Below, piece by piece: positions 12,337 to 22,562 of a stretch of DNA of 64,000 bases. The notes below the pieces were generated by a model. It was not told where the DNA came from, made no database searches, and saw only the letters and a program-made list of their open reading frames with translations. Both the position numbers and the translations under genes were made by a program. Each line of letters starts with the position of its first letter. The first letter of the stretch is position 1. Source of the stretch: Pirellulaceae bacterium. Its GTDB lineage: Bacteria > Planctomycetota > Planctomycetia > Pirellulales > Pirellulaceae. The stretch covers positions 13,953-77,952 of the forward strand of contig JBGSJL010000343.1 in NCBI GenBank assembly GCA_041741955.1, given 5' to 3'.

Positions 12337-13353
12337 ATGAGAATAACGACTCAAATATTTGCTCGGTTGCTTTTAGCAACCACGGCTCTAGGTTCGGTGC
12401 TGGCTGCCGAGCCGGATTTGGTGGAAATCCCGCTGGGTCTCAAGCAGTTGCCTGTAGTGAAGGACAATCCGCTCACTGCGGCGAAGATTGCGTTGGGCAA
12501 GCAGTTGTATTTTGACAAGCGACTGTCGTCGGACAATAGCGTTGCCTGCGCCAGTTGTCATGACCCACAAAAGGGTTGGTCCAACGATGATGCTACAGCG
12601 GTGGGCGTGGATGGCCAACGCGGTGGACGCAGCGCGCCGACAGTGATCAATTCTGCCTACCAGCAGTTCCAATTCTGGGACGGGAGAGCCGGTTCGCTCG
12701 AGGAGCAAGCGCTCGGACCTATTGCCAATCCAATCGAGATGAACTTACCTATCGCGGAAGCCGTAAAGCGTTTAGAGGCTATCGAAGGCTATGCCAAGCA
12801 GTTTCAGGACGTATTTGGTGAGCCGGTCAATGAACAAAACTTGGGTAAGGCAATTGCTGCGTTCGAGCGGACGGTCTTAGCGGGTAACGCACCGTTCGAT
12901 CGATACAAGGCTGGCGATGAGAACGCCCTTTCCGAACAAGCCAAAGCTGGCATGAAGCTCTTTTTTGGTAAGGCAAATTGTTCTGGTTGCCACACCGGGC
13001 CGAATTTCACCGACAACGGCTTTCACAATCTCGGTGTCAATTTTCATGCCGACAAAGCCGACCAAGGCCGGGTAGAAATCAGCCAGCTTGCTGGCGACCG
13101 AGGTGCATTCAAGACACCGACACTGCGGGATATCGCCAAGTCGGCGCCCTACATGCACGACGGGAGCTTGAAGACCCTAGAAGACGTGGTCCAATACTAC
13201 TCTAAGGGTGCGACGTCCAACGACTATCTGGATGAAGAAATATTTGAGCTCAAATTGGATAGCCCAAGCCAAGCCGCCTTGGTGGCTTTCCTGAGAGAAG
13301 GCCTGAGCAGCGATTCGTACCCTTACGTTGAATCGCCTGTGTTGCCTCAATAG
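12337..13353 (+). CDS. Di-haem cytochrome c peroxidase / MauG superfamily protein
   Basis: Signal peptide, two CxxCH (CASCH, CSGCH), QFWDGRA, FKTPTLR and APYMHDG; start between 12328 and 12337. Confidence 0.92.
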   Translation: MRITTQIFARLLLATTALGSVLAAEPDLVEIPLGLKQLPVVKDNPLTAAKIALGKQLYFDKRLSSDNSVACASCHDPQKGWSNDDATAVGVDGQRGGRSAPTVINSAYQQFQFWDGRAGSLEEQALGPIANPIEMNLPIAEAVKRLEAIEGYAKQFQDVFGEPVNEQNLGKAIAAFERTVLAGNAPFDRYKAGDENALSEQAKAGMKLFFGKANCSGCHTGPNFTDNGFHNLGVNFHADKADQGRVEISQLAGDRGAFKTPTLRDIAKSAPYMHDGSLKTLEDVVQYYSKGATSNDYLDEEIFELKLDSPSQAALVAFLREGLSSDSYPYVESPVLPQ

Positions 13354-13462
13354 CCAGCTCGATGCGGCCGTTGAGCCTCGATGTGTGCAGATTCTGCGGC
13401 CGCTTCCTGAAACAAATTTCCAAAACGATCCCATACCTTTTTAAATATACGGAGTTTTCACC

Positions 13463-14617
13463 ATGACTTTAACGCGTTTTGCGATTCTTTTGACCCTTCT
13501 CGCTATGTGCATGCCCGCGCGCGCTCAAGATAAGAAGCCGGACGCGCCCAAGGAGGAAATCGGTTCAGAAAAACTGATTGACCCGGCCGTCGAAAAGCCT
13601 GCCGACGAAAAGCCTTCCGAGCAAGCCAAGGCCGCCGATGAAAAAGAAGCGTCTTCTGAAAAGCCAGCCGACGCGGGCACTTCTAAAGCCGAAATCGTTT
13701 TAGAAGGACTCAACAATCCCAGCGGCATCGCCATCCAACCAGAAACTGCCATCGTTTTTGTTTCAGACTCTGGGAATCACCAAATCATCAAACTGGTCGA
13801 TGGTAAAGCAGAACCGGTCATCACCGACTTTCCTAAAGATATCTACGGCAAGGGGCCCATGGTCAACATTGGACCGCTCGGCCTACTGTTCCTGGACAAA
13901 AAGACCTTGGTGGTTGGTGGTGGTGGACTGCCCGACGGCGAAGAACTTCTACGTGTGTACGAATTGCCAGAAGATGGAAAACCCATCAAGGCTGACGCTA
14001 TGAAGTCCTCCTTCAAACTTCCCGAAACAGACGAAGTCAAAGGAGAAGGTAACTTCTATGCATTGGCTGCGACCGGCGATGGGATTTATGTGACTTGCAA
14101 TGGCGACGACACCAAGGGCTGGGTTTCCAAGGCGACCGTCAAGGATGGGGAACTGACTGCGTATGAACGCTATTTGGCAACTAAGGAAGCCACCGAAGTC
14201 GACGCACCCGTTGGCATCGTGGTCAGCCCGGACGGCTATCTGGTGGTGGGTCAAATGGGCGAAATCAACATTCCCGGAGATAGTCTGCTTACATTTTACG
14301 ATGCAGGTTCGAAAGAAATGCTGCTGAACCTCAAAACGGGACTGCACGATATCACTTCGATCGCCTACAGCCCGCGTGGACAGATGTATGTACTCGACTA
14401 CGCATGGGCCGATGCGACCCAAGGCGGATTGTTCCAAATCCTGGAAGACACCACTAACGAGTCGGGTGTGCGAGCCAAAAAAATCACGGCTCTGGATAAG
14501 CCCTCGGCGATGGTCTTTGATGCCAGTGGAGCACTCTATGTTACTGTTATTGGCGAAGCCGCCGACGCTAATAGCAAGGGTCAACTAGTTAAGATTCCAG
14601 CGTCGGCTGGTCTTTAA
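13463..14617 (+). CDS. Secreted beta-propeller protein (NHL/SMP-30-like) with Lys/Glu/Ala-rich N-terminal linker
   Basis: GGAG RBS, signal peptide (ARA-Q) and blade repeats (GLNNPSGIAI, PVGIVVSPDG, ITSIAYSPRG, PSAMVFDASG). Confidence 0.75.
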   Translation: MTLTRFAILLTLLAMCMPARAQDKKPDAPKEEIGSEKLIDPAVEKPADEKPSEQAKAADEKEASSEKPADAGTSKAEIVLEGLNNPSGIAIQPETAIVFVSDSGNHQIIKLVDGKAEPVITDFPKDIYGKGPMVNIGPLGLLFLDKKTLVVGGGGLPDGEELLRVYELPEDGKPIKADAMKSSFKLPETDEVKGEGNFYALAATGDGIYVTCNGDDTKGWVSKATVKDGELTAYERYLATKEATEVDAPVGIVVSPDGYLVVGQMGEINIPGDSLLTFYDAGSKEMLLNLKTGLHDITSIAYSPRGQMYVLDYAWADATQGGLFQILEDTTNESGVRAKKITALDKPSAMVFDASGALYVTVIGEAADANSKGQLVKIPASAGL

Positions 14618-14880
14618 AGTTCCAGTGTGGCTCGGTGGTCTCCACCGAGCTCTGCACCCAATGTTTGGAGCCAAAGTGCGACAATAGAGTGCCACAGGTT
14701 GCTCAAAAACATCGCTCCGCGCTGCCGTTATTTGGCTGATTGCCCTGGCATCGCTATTGCAAGGCGGTTAGTATCTCGCGAGCCTTGCATTTTTCGCGAG
14801 GTTTTTGAGTAAAATTTGCAATGGAAAGCCGCTAGTCGATCCATTTTTCGGCTCGCGGTGTGCATTCAATCGGTTCTTGT

Positions 14881-16254
14881 ATGGCAAGGAGGTCCGTCGT
14901 GCAGACGATCAAGACAGGTGTTGTCGTCGCTCTACTTTTGGCAGTCTGCTACGGTGCGTTCGTAGCTCTCAACGGCCCCGAGCCTACCTTGCCAAGCGAA
15001 TTGCTTAGCGAATTCGATTGGAATCCGGACGAGGCTGGACTGGGTAACTTGATGGACATCGAGATGCCGAGCGGTGAATCCCTGGCGGCAATTGGCATGC
15101 AACCCGCAGCCGGACACACTGGCGGTAGCATGGATTCGAGCCTGGTCAACAATGGGCTAAATGGTCTGACAATACCGAACCCGCCAACATTTGGTTCCGC
15201 TTCGCCAGGAAATTTTGCGGCTGCAAATACTGCGGTTGCCTTACCTAACTCCAATGTTCTCAACTCGGCAATCAACACTCCGCAAGCCACTCTGTCTAGC
15301 GCTGGCTCTATGCCGCTCCCAAGCCTACCCGGCTGGCCGAACAATGCGGCTGCCAGCGTGGCCACACTGGACGGTCCGGCGGTGCCGCTGGGTGGATCGC
15401 CGGGTGGAACACTGGTCAGCCAGACGCGGAAACCCGGACCGGAAAATTCGGATTCTACGTTGCAACTGCCATTGTTGGGTGAAACCAACACAGCGGGCGG
15501 CATGGCGCCGGCCGGCGGCCCCAATGCGAGCTCCAGCAGTACGCCCAGTGAGCCCTTCCCCGCTGCCAAAGAGCGCGCACTCGAGCTCGCCTCTAGCGGA
15601 AAACTCCGCGAAGCGCTTCAGTTGATGAGTCCCTACTACAATAGTCCCGAACTTAATCATACGCAGCACTCAGACCTAGTTGACTTGCTCGATGCCCTTT
15701 CTCGCGAAGTGATCTACTCGACCCGCCACTTGGCCCAGACTGCGCATATGGTTACGGCCAGCGACAGCGTTGCGTCGGTAGCTGAAAAGTTCAAGATTAC
15801 GCCCGAACTGCTGACCGCAGTCAATCGCTTGAGCGAGGACAGCAAAGCCCTGATTCCAGGCTCGCAAATCAAAGTGCTACCAGGTCCGTTTCGCGCACAC
15901 GTCAGTTTGAATCGCGGTGAACTAACCATCTTCATGGGCGATCTGTACGCGGGCCGTTTTCCTGTTTCGCTTGGCAAGGATCCGAGCCCTATGGAGGGCA
16001 GTTTCGAAATCGTTGATCGTCGGCGAGATCGCACTTATTATGGCACAGGTGGCAAAGTGATAGCAGCCGCCGACTCGCGAAACCCATATGGAGGCTATTG
16101 GATGAACTTGGGCCAAGACCTCTGCATCCACGGTACGCCCGAAATGGCAAGCGAAGACTTGAAAGACGCGGGTTGTATCAGCCTCGCGCCACTGGACGCA
16201 GCCGATGTTTATAAAATATTGGCTCAGGGCTCACAAGTTACAATCGCACGCTGA
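14881..16254 (+). CDS. LysM-domain L,D-transpeptidase (YkuD/ErfK family)
   Basis: N-terminal TM anchor, low-complexity linker, LysM (HMVTASDSVASVAEKFKITPELLTAVN) and catalytic IHGT...GCISL. Confidence 0.85.
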   Translation: MARRSVVQTIKTGVVVALLLAVCYGAFVALNGPEPTLPSELLSEFDWNPDEAGLGNLMDIEMPSGESLAAIGMQPAAGHTGGSMDSSLVNNGLNGLTIPNPPTFGSASPGNFAAANTAVALPNSNVLNSAINTPQATLSSAGSMPLPSLPGWPNNAAASVATLDGPAVPLGGSPGGTLVSQTRKPGPENSDSTLQLPLLGETNTAGGMAPAGGPNASSSSTPSEPFPAAKERALELASSGKLREALQLMSPYYNSPELNHTQHSDLVDLLDALSREVIYSTRHLAQTAHMVTASDSVASVAEKFKITPELLTAVNRLSEDSKALIPGSQIKVLPGPFRAHVSLNRGELTIFMGDLYAGRFPVSLGKDPSPMEGSFEIVDRRRDRTYYGTGGKVIAAADSRNPYGGYWMNLGQDLCIHGTPEMASEDLKDAGCISLAPLDAADVYKILAQGSQVTIAR

Positions 16255-16407
16255 TCCATTCATAATCTCCCTGCGCAGATTGCTCCTCGGCCACCGTCAG
16301 CCACAAGTGCCAAAACATTTAAAAAACCGACTCAACCACCACTGTGGAGGTGCTTAAAAGCAGAGCAGCCGTGATCACTAAAGTAGCAGAAACAGGCTTT
16401 CATCAAA

Positions 16408-16707
16408 CTACACCGAATGCGTTGTTCGGACTTCGACGAGTCGGTTTATGCGGGTTAATTCGAAGATATCCATGACAAACGACTGAACATTTTCGAGTAC
16501 CAGCCGACGATCGTCCTGCCGCAAACGCAGATGGATTTTTACGAGCTCTCCCAGCTCTCGACTACTGATATTCCTTACTTCAGACAGGTCTGCGACCACT
16601 TCGCCGTCTTTAAGATTTGCGGCTCGACGATTCAGTTCGTGCAACCAGCGGCCATCGCTGGGCGGGGCAAGCTGGGCCCGTCGCTTGAACGCGAACAAAT
16701 GCATCAT
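16408..16707 (-). CDS. STAS-domain anti-sigma factor antagonist
   Basis: VVADLSEVRNISSRELGELV...LVLENV...DIFELTRINRL STAS pattern; GGAG RBS. Confidence 0.8.
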   Translation of the reverse strand: MMHLFAFKRRAQLAPPSDGRWLHELNRRAANLKDGEVVADLSEVRNISSRELGELVKIHLRLRQDDRRLVLENVQSFVMDIFELTRINRLVEVRTTHSV

Positions 16708-16774
16708 GTCATTGCTCCAGTAGGAAGAAGAGTCCTTCTTCCGTCAGCAAAAGCAAAGACCATGCCAGGTCGCT

Positions 16775-17311
16775 TTACATGAGCAGTGGCTTGACGCTCG
16801 GTCCATCCCCGTCGCGTCTCTCCCACTCGCGCCGAATCTCTCGCAAACCGTAGGCGCACATCTCGAATTGTTCGCTCATGCGATTTAGCAAATCGTTGGG
16901 GGGTGCCGAAGTATCGCTGGCTATGGTGCTGGCAATTTTGTACGCCCGCTTGCCTTGAGCGCAATAGTTTACGAACTGATCGCGTTTGTCTGCGGCTTGC
17001 ATTTCGCGGAGGGCCTCCGGATAGACGCCGGACCAGAAAAGCGTAAAGTCGCCGATGTGGCGATGCACTTCACGTCGAGCGACACCTACGCGATGTTCGG
17101 CTTCCGAGACGAGCGTTACGACCTCAGTAGCAGGCCGACCATCGATTTGCCGGACTTTTTGCAGCCCATCCAAGCGTGTGAAACGCACCAGGAGTTCGCT
17201 TACATAATCCACAAGCTGGGTGTCGGCTACGCCCAGTTGAGAATGGAAAACGAACTCAGTTAGGCCCATAAAGAAACGGTCAAGCGTTGTTCCAGCTTCG
17301 TCAGAAGTCAT
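16775..17311 (-). CDS. Conserved hypothetical protein
   Basis: GAGGAG RBS before ATG 17311; globular helical sequence (RHIGDFTLFWSGVYPE, GKRAYKIAS). Confidence 0.7.
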   Translation of the reverse strand: MTSDEAGTTLDRFFMGLTEFVFHSQLGVADTQLVDYVSELLVRFTRLDGLQKVRQIDGRPATEVVTLVSEAEHRVGVARREVHRHIGDFTLFWSGVYPEALREMQAADKRDQFVNYCAQGKRAYKIASTIASDTSAPPNDLLNRMSEQFEMCAYGLREIRREWERRDGDGPSVKPLLM

Positions 17312-17497
17312 GGCTGGCTCCTCGATAGAGAAAACGACCACCTCACAACTCTACGTTAATTCCTGGGTAAAGTGCATGTCAAGTAAGAAAGACGATGGGA
17401 ATCGCAAAACATCTTCGTGAAAACCTGGTTTTGCCGTAAGATAGTCTGAGGCCATTAAAATTTTTATGCCTGCTCGGTTACCAACACGGACGAAGAT

Positions 17498-19381
17498 ATG
17501 AGAATTCAACGAGCCGCGATTTTCGCGGCCTGCCTCTTGACTTGGATCACAGGTCTGACCGATTTGAATCTCATGGCCCAGGGGCAACGGCCTGAGAGGC
17601 AAATACCTTCGCTAAAGGCGGAGGACACAACAGTCAATCGAATCGAGGGATATCGCGGTCCCATTGATCTGGTTGTTGCCGAGGATGAGGCATGGGCGGC
17701 GACGGTCAATGAACTCTCCCACAGCGTTTCGCTGATAGACCTGCGTTCATCGCGCGTTGTCGACGAAATGACTTGTTCTGCACGGCCGTCCGCCTGCGTG
17801 CGACTTTCGGGCGACGAGCTACTGGTCAGTTGTCGAGACGATGGTGTAGTCCAGCGGATTTTGGTGCAACGGCAGGACGGAGTTCCTATCGGACTGAAGC
17901 CGATCGCCCAGATCGAAACAGGGTTTCAGCCGCTGGGTATGGCAGTTGATCTAGCCCGACAGCGTGCTTTTGTTGGCTTGATAGCTTCGGGCGAAGTAGC
18001 CGAAATTGACTTGATCGCTAACGCTGTGCGCGGCACTTTCCCAGTGGGTCAGTGGCCGCGCTATCTAACGCTGACGCCGGATGGCAAACGACTCGCTGTG
18101 GGCCTGAGCGGCGAAAGCAAGGTGGCTGTCTTTGATTCGAGCACGGGGCAGCTTGAGTATGAAGAGCCGCTTAGCGGTGGCATCAATCTGGGCCACATGC
18201 GGTGTTCGGCGGATGGTCTCCAAGTTTATTTTCCGTGGATGATCTATCGGAGCAATCCAATTGATGTAGGTAACATTCGCCGAGGTTGGGTGCTGGCAAG
18301 TCGCATCGGACGCGTGCGTCTGGATGGGCCAGCCTATCGCGAAGCAATCTCCTTAGATGTGCCCAAGCTGGCTGTGGCCGACCCGCATGGACTGGCGATC
18401 ACGCCCGATGAAAAGACGATGGTCGTGACCTCATCGGGGACACACGAACTACTGGTTTACCGCGTCGCGGATATGCCTTTCGTCGGTGCTGGCGGGCCAG
18501 GCGACTTAATCGATGCAAAATTGCTCCGCAATCGCGAGGCCTTTTTTCGTATCGAGCTGGGTGGACGTCCGATGGGTGTCGAGGCCGCGCGCGATAATCG
18601 CACGGTTTATATCAGCAATCACACGCTGGACTCATTGCAAATCGTCGACCTTGCCACGGGCCACCTAAGATCATCGATCTCGCTCGGGGCGCCACCCAAC
18701 GACACCCAGCAGCAGCTCGTGCATCTGGGTCTCGAAATTTTTCATGACGCGGGCCGAAGTCTCGATCAGTGGTACAGTTGCCGCTCGTGTCACCTCGACG
18801 GTGGCTCGAATGCCAAAGCCATGGATACTTGGAACGATGGCAGTTCCCTCACGGCCAAAACCGTTTTGCCACTCATGAATGTGACAGCTACGGGGCCCTG
18901 GACTTGGCACGGCTGGCAAACCGACTTGGACGAGTCGATCCAGAATTCGTTTGAGTCTACCATGCAGGGTCAGCCAGGTTCGGTTGACGACGTGGCGGCA
19001 GTCCGCGCCTATTTGGCTTCGCTTAGTTTTCCGCGCAATCCGTTCCGCCACGCGGACAATAAAAACACGCTGGCTATCGGGCGCGGCGAGGCATTGTTTC
19101 GCTCGAGTCAAGTCGGCTGCGCTAACTGCCATGCTGGAGCAGAGTACAGCGATGGGGAGATTCACGACGTGGGTTTGGCAGGCGACTCGGATCGATACTC
19201 AGGCTTCAATACGCCAAGCCTAGTGGGTGTCTATCAGAAAGTGCGTTTGTTGCACGACGGTCGCTCTAAGTCGCTCCGAGATGTTCTAACGACATGGCAT
19301 ACTCCCGCCGAAATCGGCGGTGGCGCAGAACTGAGCCAGCAGCAGCTCGATGACTTGATCTCCTTCTTGAAAACACTCTAG
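17498..19381 (+). CDS. YVTN-type beta-propeller fused to a di-haem cytochrome c (CCP/MauG-like) domain
   Basis: Signal peptide, propeller repeats (VGQWPRYLTLTPDGKRLAV), CRSCH and CANCH haem motifs, FNTPSLVG...LLHDGR. Confidence 0.85.
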   Translation: MRIQRAAIFAACLLTWITGLTDLNLMAQGQRPERQIPSLKAEDTTVNRIEGYRGPIDLVVAEDEAWAATVNELSHSVSLIDLRSSRVVDEMTCSARPSACVRLSGDELLVSCRDDGVVQRILVQRQDGVPIGLKPIAQIETGFQPLGMAVDLARQRAFVGLIASGEVAEIDLIANAVRGTFPVGQWPRYLTLTPDGKRLAVGLSGESKVAVFDSSTGQLEYEEPLSGGINLGHMRCSADGLQVYFPWMIYRSNPIDVGNIRRGWVLASRIGRVRLDGPAYREAISLDVPKLAVADPHGLAITPDEKTMVVTSSGTHELLVYRVADMPFVGAGGPGDLIDAKLLRNREAFFRIELGGRPMGVEAARDNRTVYISNHTLDSLQIVDLATGHLRSSISLGAPPNDTQQQLVHLGLEIFHDAGRSLDQWYSCRSCHLDGGSNAKAMDTWNDGSSLTAKTVLPLMNVTATGPWTWHGWQTDLDESIQNSFESTMQGQPGSVDDVAAVRAYLASLSFPRNPFRHADNKNTLAIGRGEALFRSSQVGCANCHAGAEYSDGEIHDVGLAGDSDRYSGFNTPSLVGVYQKVRLLHDGRSKSLRDVLTTWHTPAEIGGGAELSQQQLDDLISFLKTL

Positions 19382-21628
19382 CTAGGCCATCTCCGTCAAG
19401 ACAGACTGCTGTGTCACTTCATTGCGGCGACAGAGGACGATGAGCAGCGCTAGCGCCATGAAGATGCTCATCGTGATCCAGCCGGGCTGATAGCTCCAGG
19501 AGTCGCCGTCGGAATAGATGGCCCACTCGAGCGACGAAGGTAAATTGACTTGGTTGAAAGGGCACCAAGCCAATATCAACGAAAGCATATTGTTAACGGC
19601 GTGGACGATTATGGTACACACGACTCCGCCAGTTCTCCATGCGATGAACCCCAGGATCAGTCCCATGACGCAGGCTGCAATAGATTGCTGCAACACGGGG
19701 TGAATGAAGCCAAAAAATAATGCCGAAACTACGATCGCGCGCAACGCGCCTCCTTGTCTGAGCAATCCGCCGAAGATGAAACCGCGGAATACCAGCTCTT
19801 CGCAGACGGCTGGCAGCAAGGCCAAAAGTAGGAGGATCGACCATAGCGGCTGCGACAACAACAGCTTCTGGAAGACCTGCATCACGGCGGCTGTTTCTTC
19901 GCCGATTTCATAGACTTGACTGATCCCTTGCCCTAGGATCATGTAGCTTGGGTGGAGCGCGATGCCAATCAAAATAGCCGCCGCCACATGGGTCCATTGA
20001 GGTCGATGGATTCTCAGCGCCCGACGAACCGACCGCGTAAGAAAAATTGCCATCAACAGGCAGGGGGTAAGGATCAGACCGATCTGCACGCATACGGTCG
20101 AGATGGCAATCGAGTTCCAATCATGGACGTGGGAACCCGCGACGAATTGGGCGAAGAACATGCCGACGACAATTATCAATCCACCCAGAATGGCTTCTGT
20201 AGGCGAAGCGGTGTCGCCGCGATCGCGCCAGACTTGGTGTAACCACAGCCTAATATTCCAGCGATCGGCTTCGCGGAACATGACTGCTTCGCTTTCGAAT
20301 TGTCGAATGGCCCATCGGATAGAAAGCGAACAGCAGCAAACCGTGACCAGCACGACCACGGGCAGATGAACGAATGCTTCGGTGTAGCGGCCTTCGATCA
20401 GTGAGCGGACTAGAAAAACGGCACCGGTGACGGGGACCAGGCTGGTTCCGAGGCTCAACTCCAGGCTGGGAATCATCGGCAGTGCGACCAGTGGCAGTGT
20501 CACTAGCAATAGCGGCATCAGGTAGTATTGGCCCTCCTTGGTGCTTCGCGCCAATGCGGCTACCGCCAGTGCCAGGGCGCTGAAGAAAGCAGCCATCGGC
20601 AGCAACAATATCACCAACCAGCCAAACGCATGAATCGGCATTGGCCCCAGTGCCTCAGCCAATTCCGAGCTTCCCTGAGACGCCAACTGTCTGACGATAA
20701 TGCTGGCCGTTAAATGCATACTCATCAGATTAAGCAGTGCGCTGCCAATGCTGAAGACACTGACGGTCAGCAGTTTACCCCACACGATTTCTCGACGTCT
20801 AGCGGGACTCGAAAGGAGTGTCTCGAGCGTGCCCCTCTCTTTCTCACCAGCGCACAAGTCGATGGCCGGGTAGAAGGCACCTGTCAGTGCCCACACTAGC
20901 ATCACAAACGGCAACACCTTGGACCACAGCATGGCGCGGCGGACGGACGAAACTGACGTGTCGGTTTCTGTGAACTGGATGGGTTCTACCAGCCGGGGAT
21001 TCATGCCAACGGCCGTTAACTGCTTTGCGACCCAGTTGCTCCGCCAGTAGTCCAGTACGATCGCTAAGCGACTGTGCGCTATCTTGGAATTGTCGCGGGC
21101 CATATTGGCAATCAATTCCAGTCCATCTGCGTTGTCTGGGTCGCTATGAAATTCGTTGTCGTTAGGTTGACCATCCGCACCGAGCTGCGAGCCATCATCC
21201 TCGATGGCCAAGCGCGTTTTGAGCCGTGACTCAAAATCGGGTTCGATCAACAGCACGGCGTCGACTAAGTCGGTCATCACCGCCGCGCGCGAGGCATTCT
21301 CCAGTTTCTCGCGGGCTGCGGGAGAGTAGTCGCTGGGCCAGGGGAGCGTCTCGATTTCGATCAACTTGGAAAGTTTTTCAAGTCCTGGCTGGATGGCGAG
21401 CTGTTTTTCACCGGTCAGTAGCGGGGAGGATTCGGGCCAATGCTCTGCGCCCACCACGCGAATGCGAACTGAGTGTTCGCGACTAAATTGAGCGATCTGC
21501 ATCATCAGCATGCCGATCAGCGGATACAGCAGCATAGGCAAGATCGTAATCGTGAACAGCGTTCGACGATCTCGCAATTGATCGTTCAATTCGCGCAGAA
21601 AGATCAGGTGAACATGTTTCCAATTCAT
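19382..21628 (-). CDS. NatB-like ABC-2 permease fused to a CPBP/Abi intramembrane protease
   Basis: AGEKERGTLETLLSSP (NatB); CPBP motifs EELVFRG, FGFIH and HAVNN. Confidence 0.88.
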   Translation of the reverse strand: MNWKHVHLIFLRELNDQLRDRRTLFTITILPMLLYPLIGMLMMQIAQFSREHSVRIRVVGAEHWPESSPLLTGEKQLAIQPGLEKLSKLIEIETLPWPSDYSPAAREKLENASRAAVMTDLVDAVLLIEPDFESRLKTRLAIEDDGSQLGADGQPNDNEFHSDPDNADGLELIANMARDNSKIAHSRLAIVLDYWRSNWVAKQLTAVGMNPRLVEPIQFTETDTSVSSVRRAMLWSKVLPFVMLVWALTGAFYPAIDLCAGEKERGTLETLLSSPARRREIVWGKLLTVSVFSIGSALLNLMSMHLTASIIVRQLASQGSSELAEALGPMPIHAFGWLVILLLPMAAFFSALALAVAALARSTKEGQYYLMPLLLVTLPLVALPMIPSLELSLGTSLVPVTGAVFLVRSLIEGRYTEAFVHLPVVVLVTVCCCSLSIRWAIRQFESEAVMFREADRWNIRLWLHQVWRDRGDTASPTEAILGGLIIVVGMFFAQFVAGSHVHDWNSIAISTVCVQIGLILTPCLLMAIFLTRSVRRALRIHRPQWTHVAAAILIGIALHPSYMILGQGISQVYEIGEETAAVMQVFQKLLLSQPLWSILLLLALLPAVCEELVFRGFIFGGLLRQGGALRAIVVSALFFGFIHPVLQQSIAACVMGLILGFIAWRTGGVVCTIIVHAVNNMLSLILAWCPFNQVNLPSSLEWAIYSDGDSWSYQPGWITMSIFMALALLIVLCRRNEVTQQSVLTEMA

Positions 21629-21643
21629 ACCGGCCCCTGCACG

Positions 21644-22435
21644 CTAGTTAAGAGCGCTACCTTGAAATGATACTTGGTCGCTGCCGAGTTCGGCGACTCG
21701 ATCCGACTCTTTCAACATCTTAAAAAACATTTCTTCAAAGTCGCGCTCCTGGTATTGTTCTGCCAGTTCATCCAGTGTTCCGCTGGCTAGCATACGGCCG
21801 CGATAGAGGATACCCACGCGGTCGCACAGACGCTCCACTTCACGCATGATGTGCGTAGAGAAAATAATGCACTTGCCAGTGTCGCGAAGTTTGGAAATGA
21901 TCTCCAGCAATGCACGCGCTACCAGCACATCCAGTCCCAACGAGGCTTCGTCGAAGACGAGCACCGGAGGATCATGCACGATTGCCCTGGCAATGGAGAC
22001 TTTTTGTTTCATGCCCGTCGACATTCTGGCGCCGGCGATATCGCGAATGTCATTCATGTTCAACTGCTCGAACACCAACTCCATGCGTGCAGCCAGTCGC
22101 GATGCTTCTAGTCCGTAGAGTTTGCCAAAATACTCGACCATTTCCCAAGCGGTCATGCGTTCGTAAATCGCGGTATTGCTAGAAACAAATCCGATGCTGT
22201 GTCGGACTTCGTAGGGATGCGTGACGACATCGAACCCGTTGACTCGAGCAAAGCCGCTGGTAGGTCGCAGGACCGTGCTCAAGATTCGCAGAGCGGTCGT
22301 TTTGCCGGCTCCGTTGGGTCCCAGTAGGCCGAAGATTTCGCCGGGGCCCACTTGGAAACTGACTCGATCCAAGGCGACGAATTGGCCGGTTTGAAGGTCG
22401 GGGTAAGCCTTCGTCAATTCATGGGCTTCAACCAT
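21644..22435 (-). CDS. ABC transporter ATP-binding protein (NatA-like)
   Basis: [21 protein letters not shown] and STH motifs. Confidence 0.92.
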   Translation of the reverse strand: MVEAHELTKAYPDLQTGQFVALDRVSFQVGPGEIFGLLGPNGAGKTTALRILSTVLRPTSGFARVNGFDVVTHPYEVRHSIGFVSSNTAIYERMTAWEMVEYFGKLYGLEASRLAARMELVFEQLNMNDIRDIAGARMSTGMKQKVSIARAIVHDPPVLVFDEASLGLDVLVARALLEIISKLRDTGKCIIFSTHIMREVERLCDRVGILYRGRMLASGTLDELAEQYQERDFEEMFFKMLKESDRVAELGSDQVSFQGSALN

Positions 22436-22562
22436 TCGCATCACTTTCCGCAAACTGAATTTCTGCCAAAACATTGTCCATGCTCGGCGAGTATATTTTT
22501 CTCAATCAACGAGCGTACTGCATTTCGCAAATCACGACCAGCGTAAGCGGCCGATTGGTGCG

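Noticed and set aside
17498-19381. Hydrazine synthase / anammox locus
   Set aside because: The resemblance is architectural only; there is no hzsA or multihaem hao-like gene nearby.
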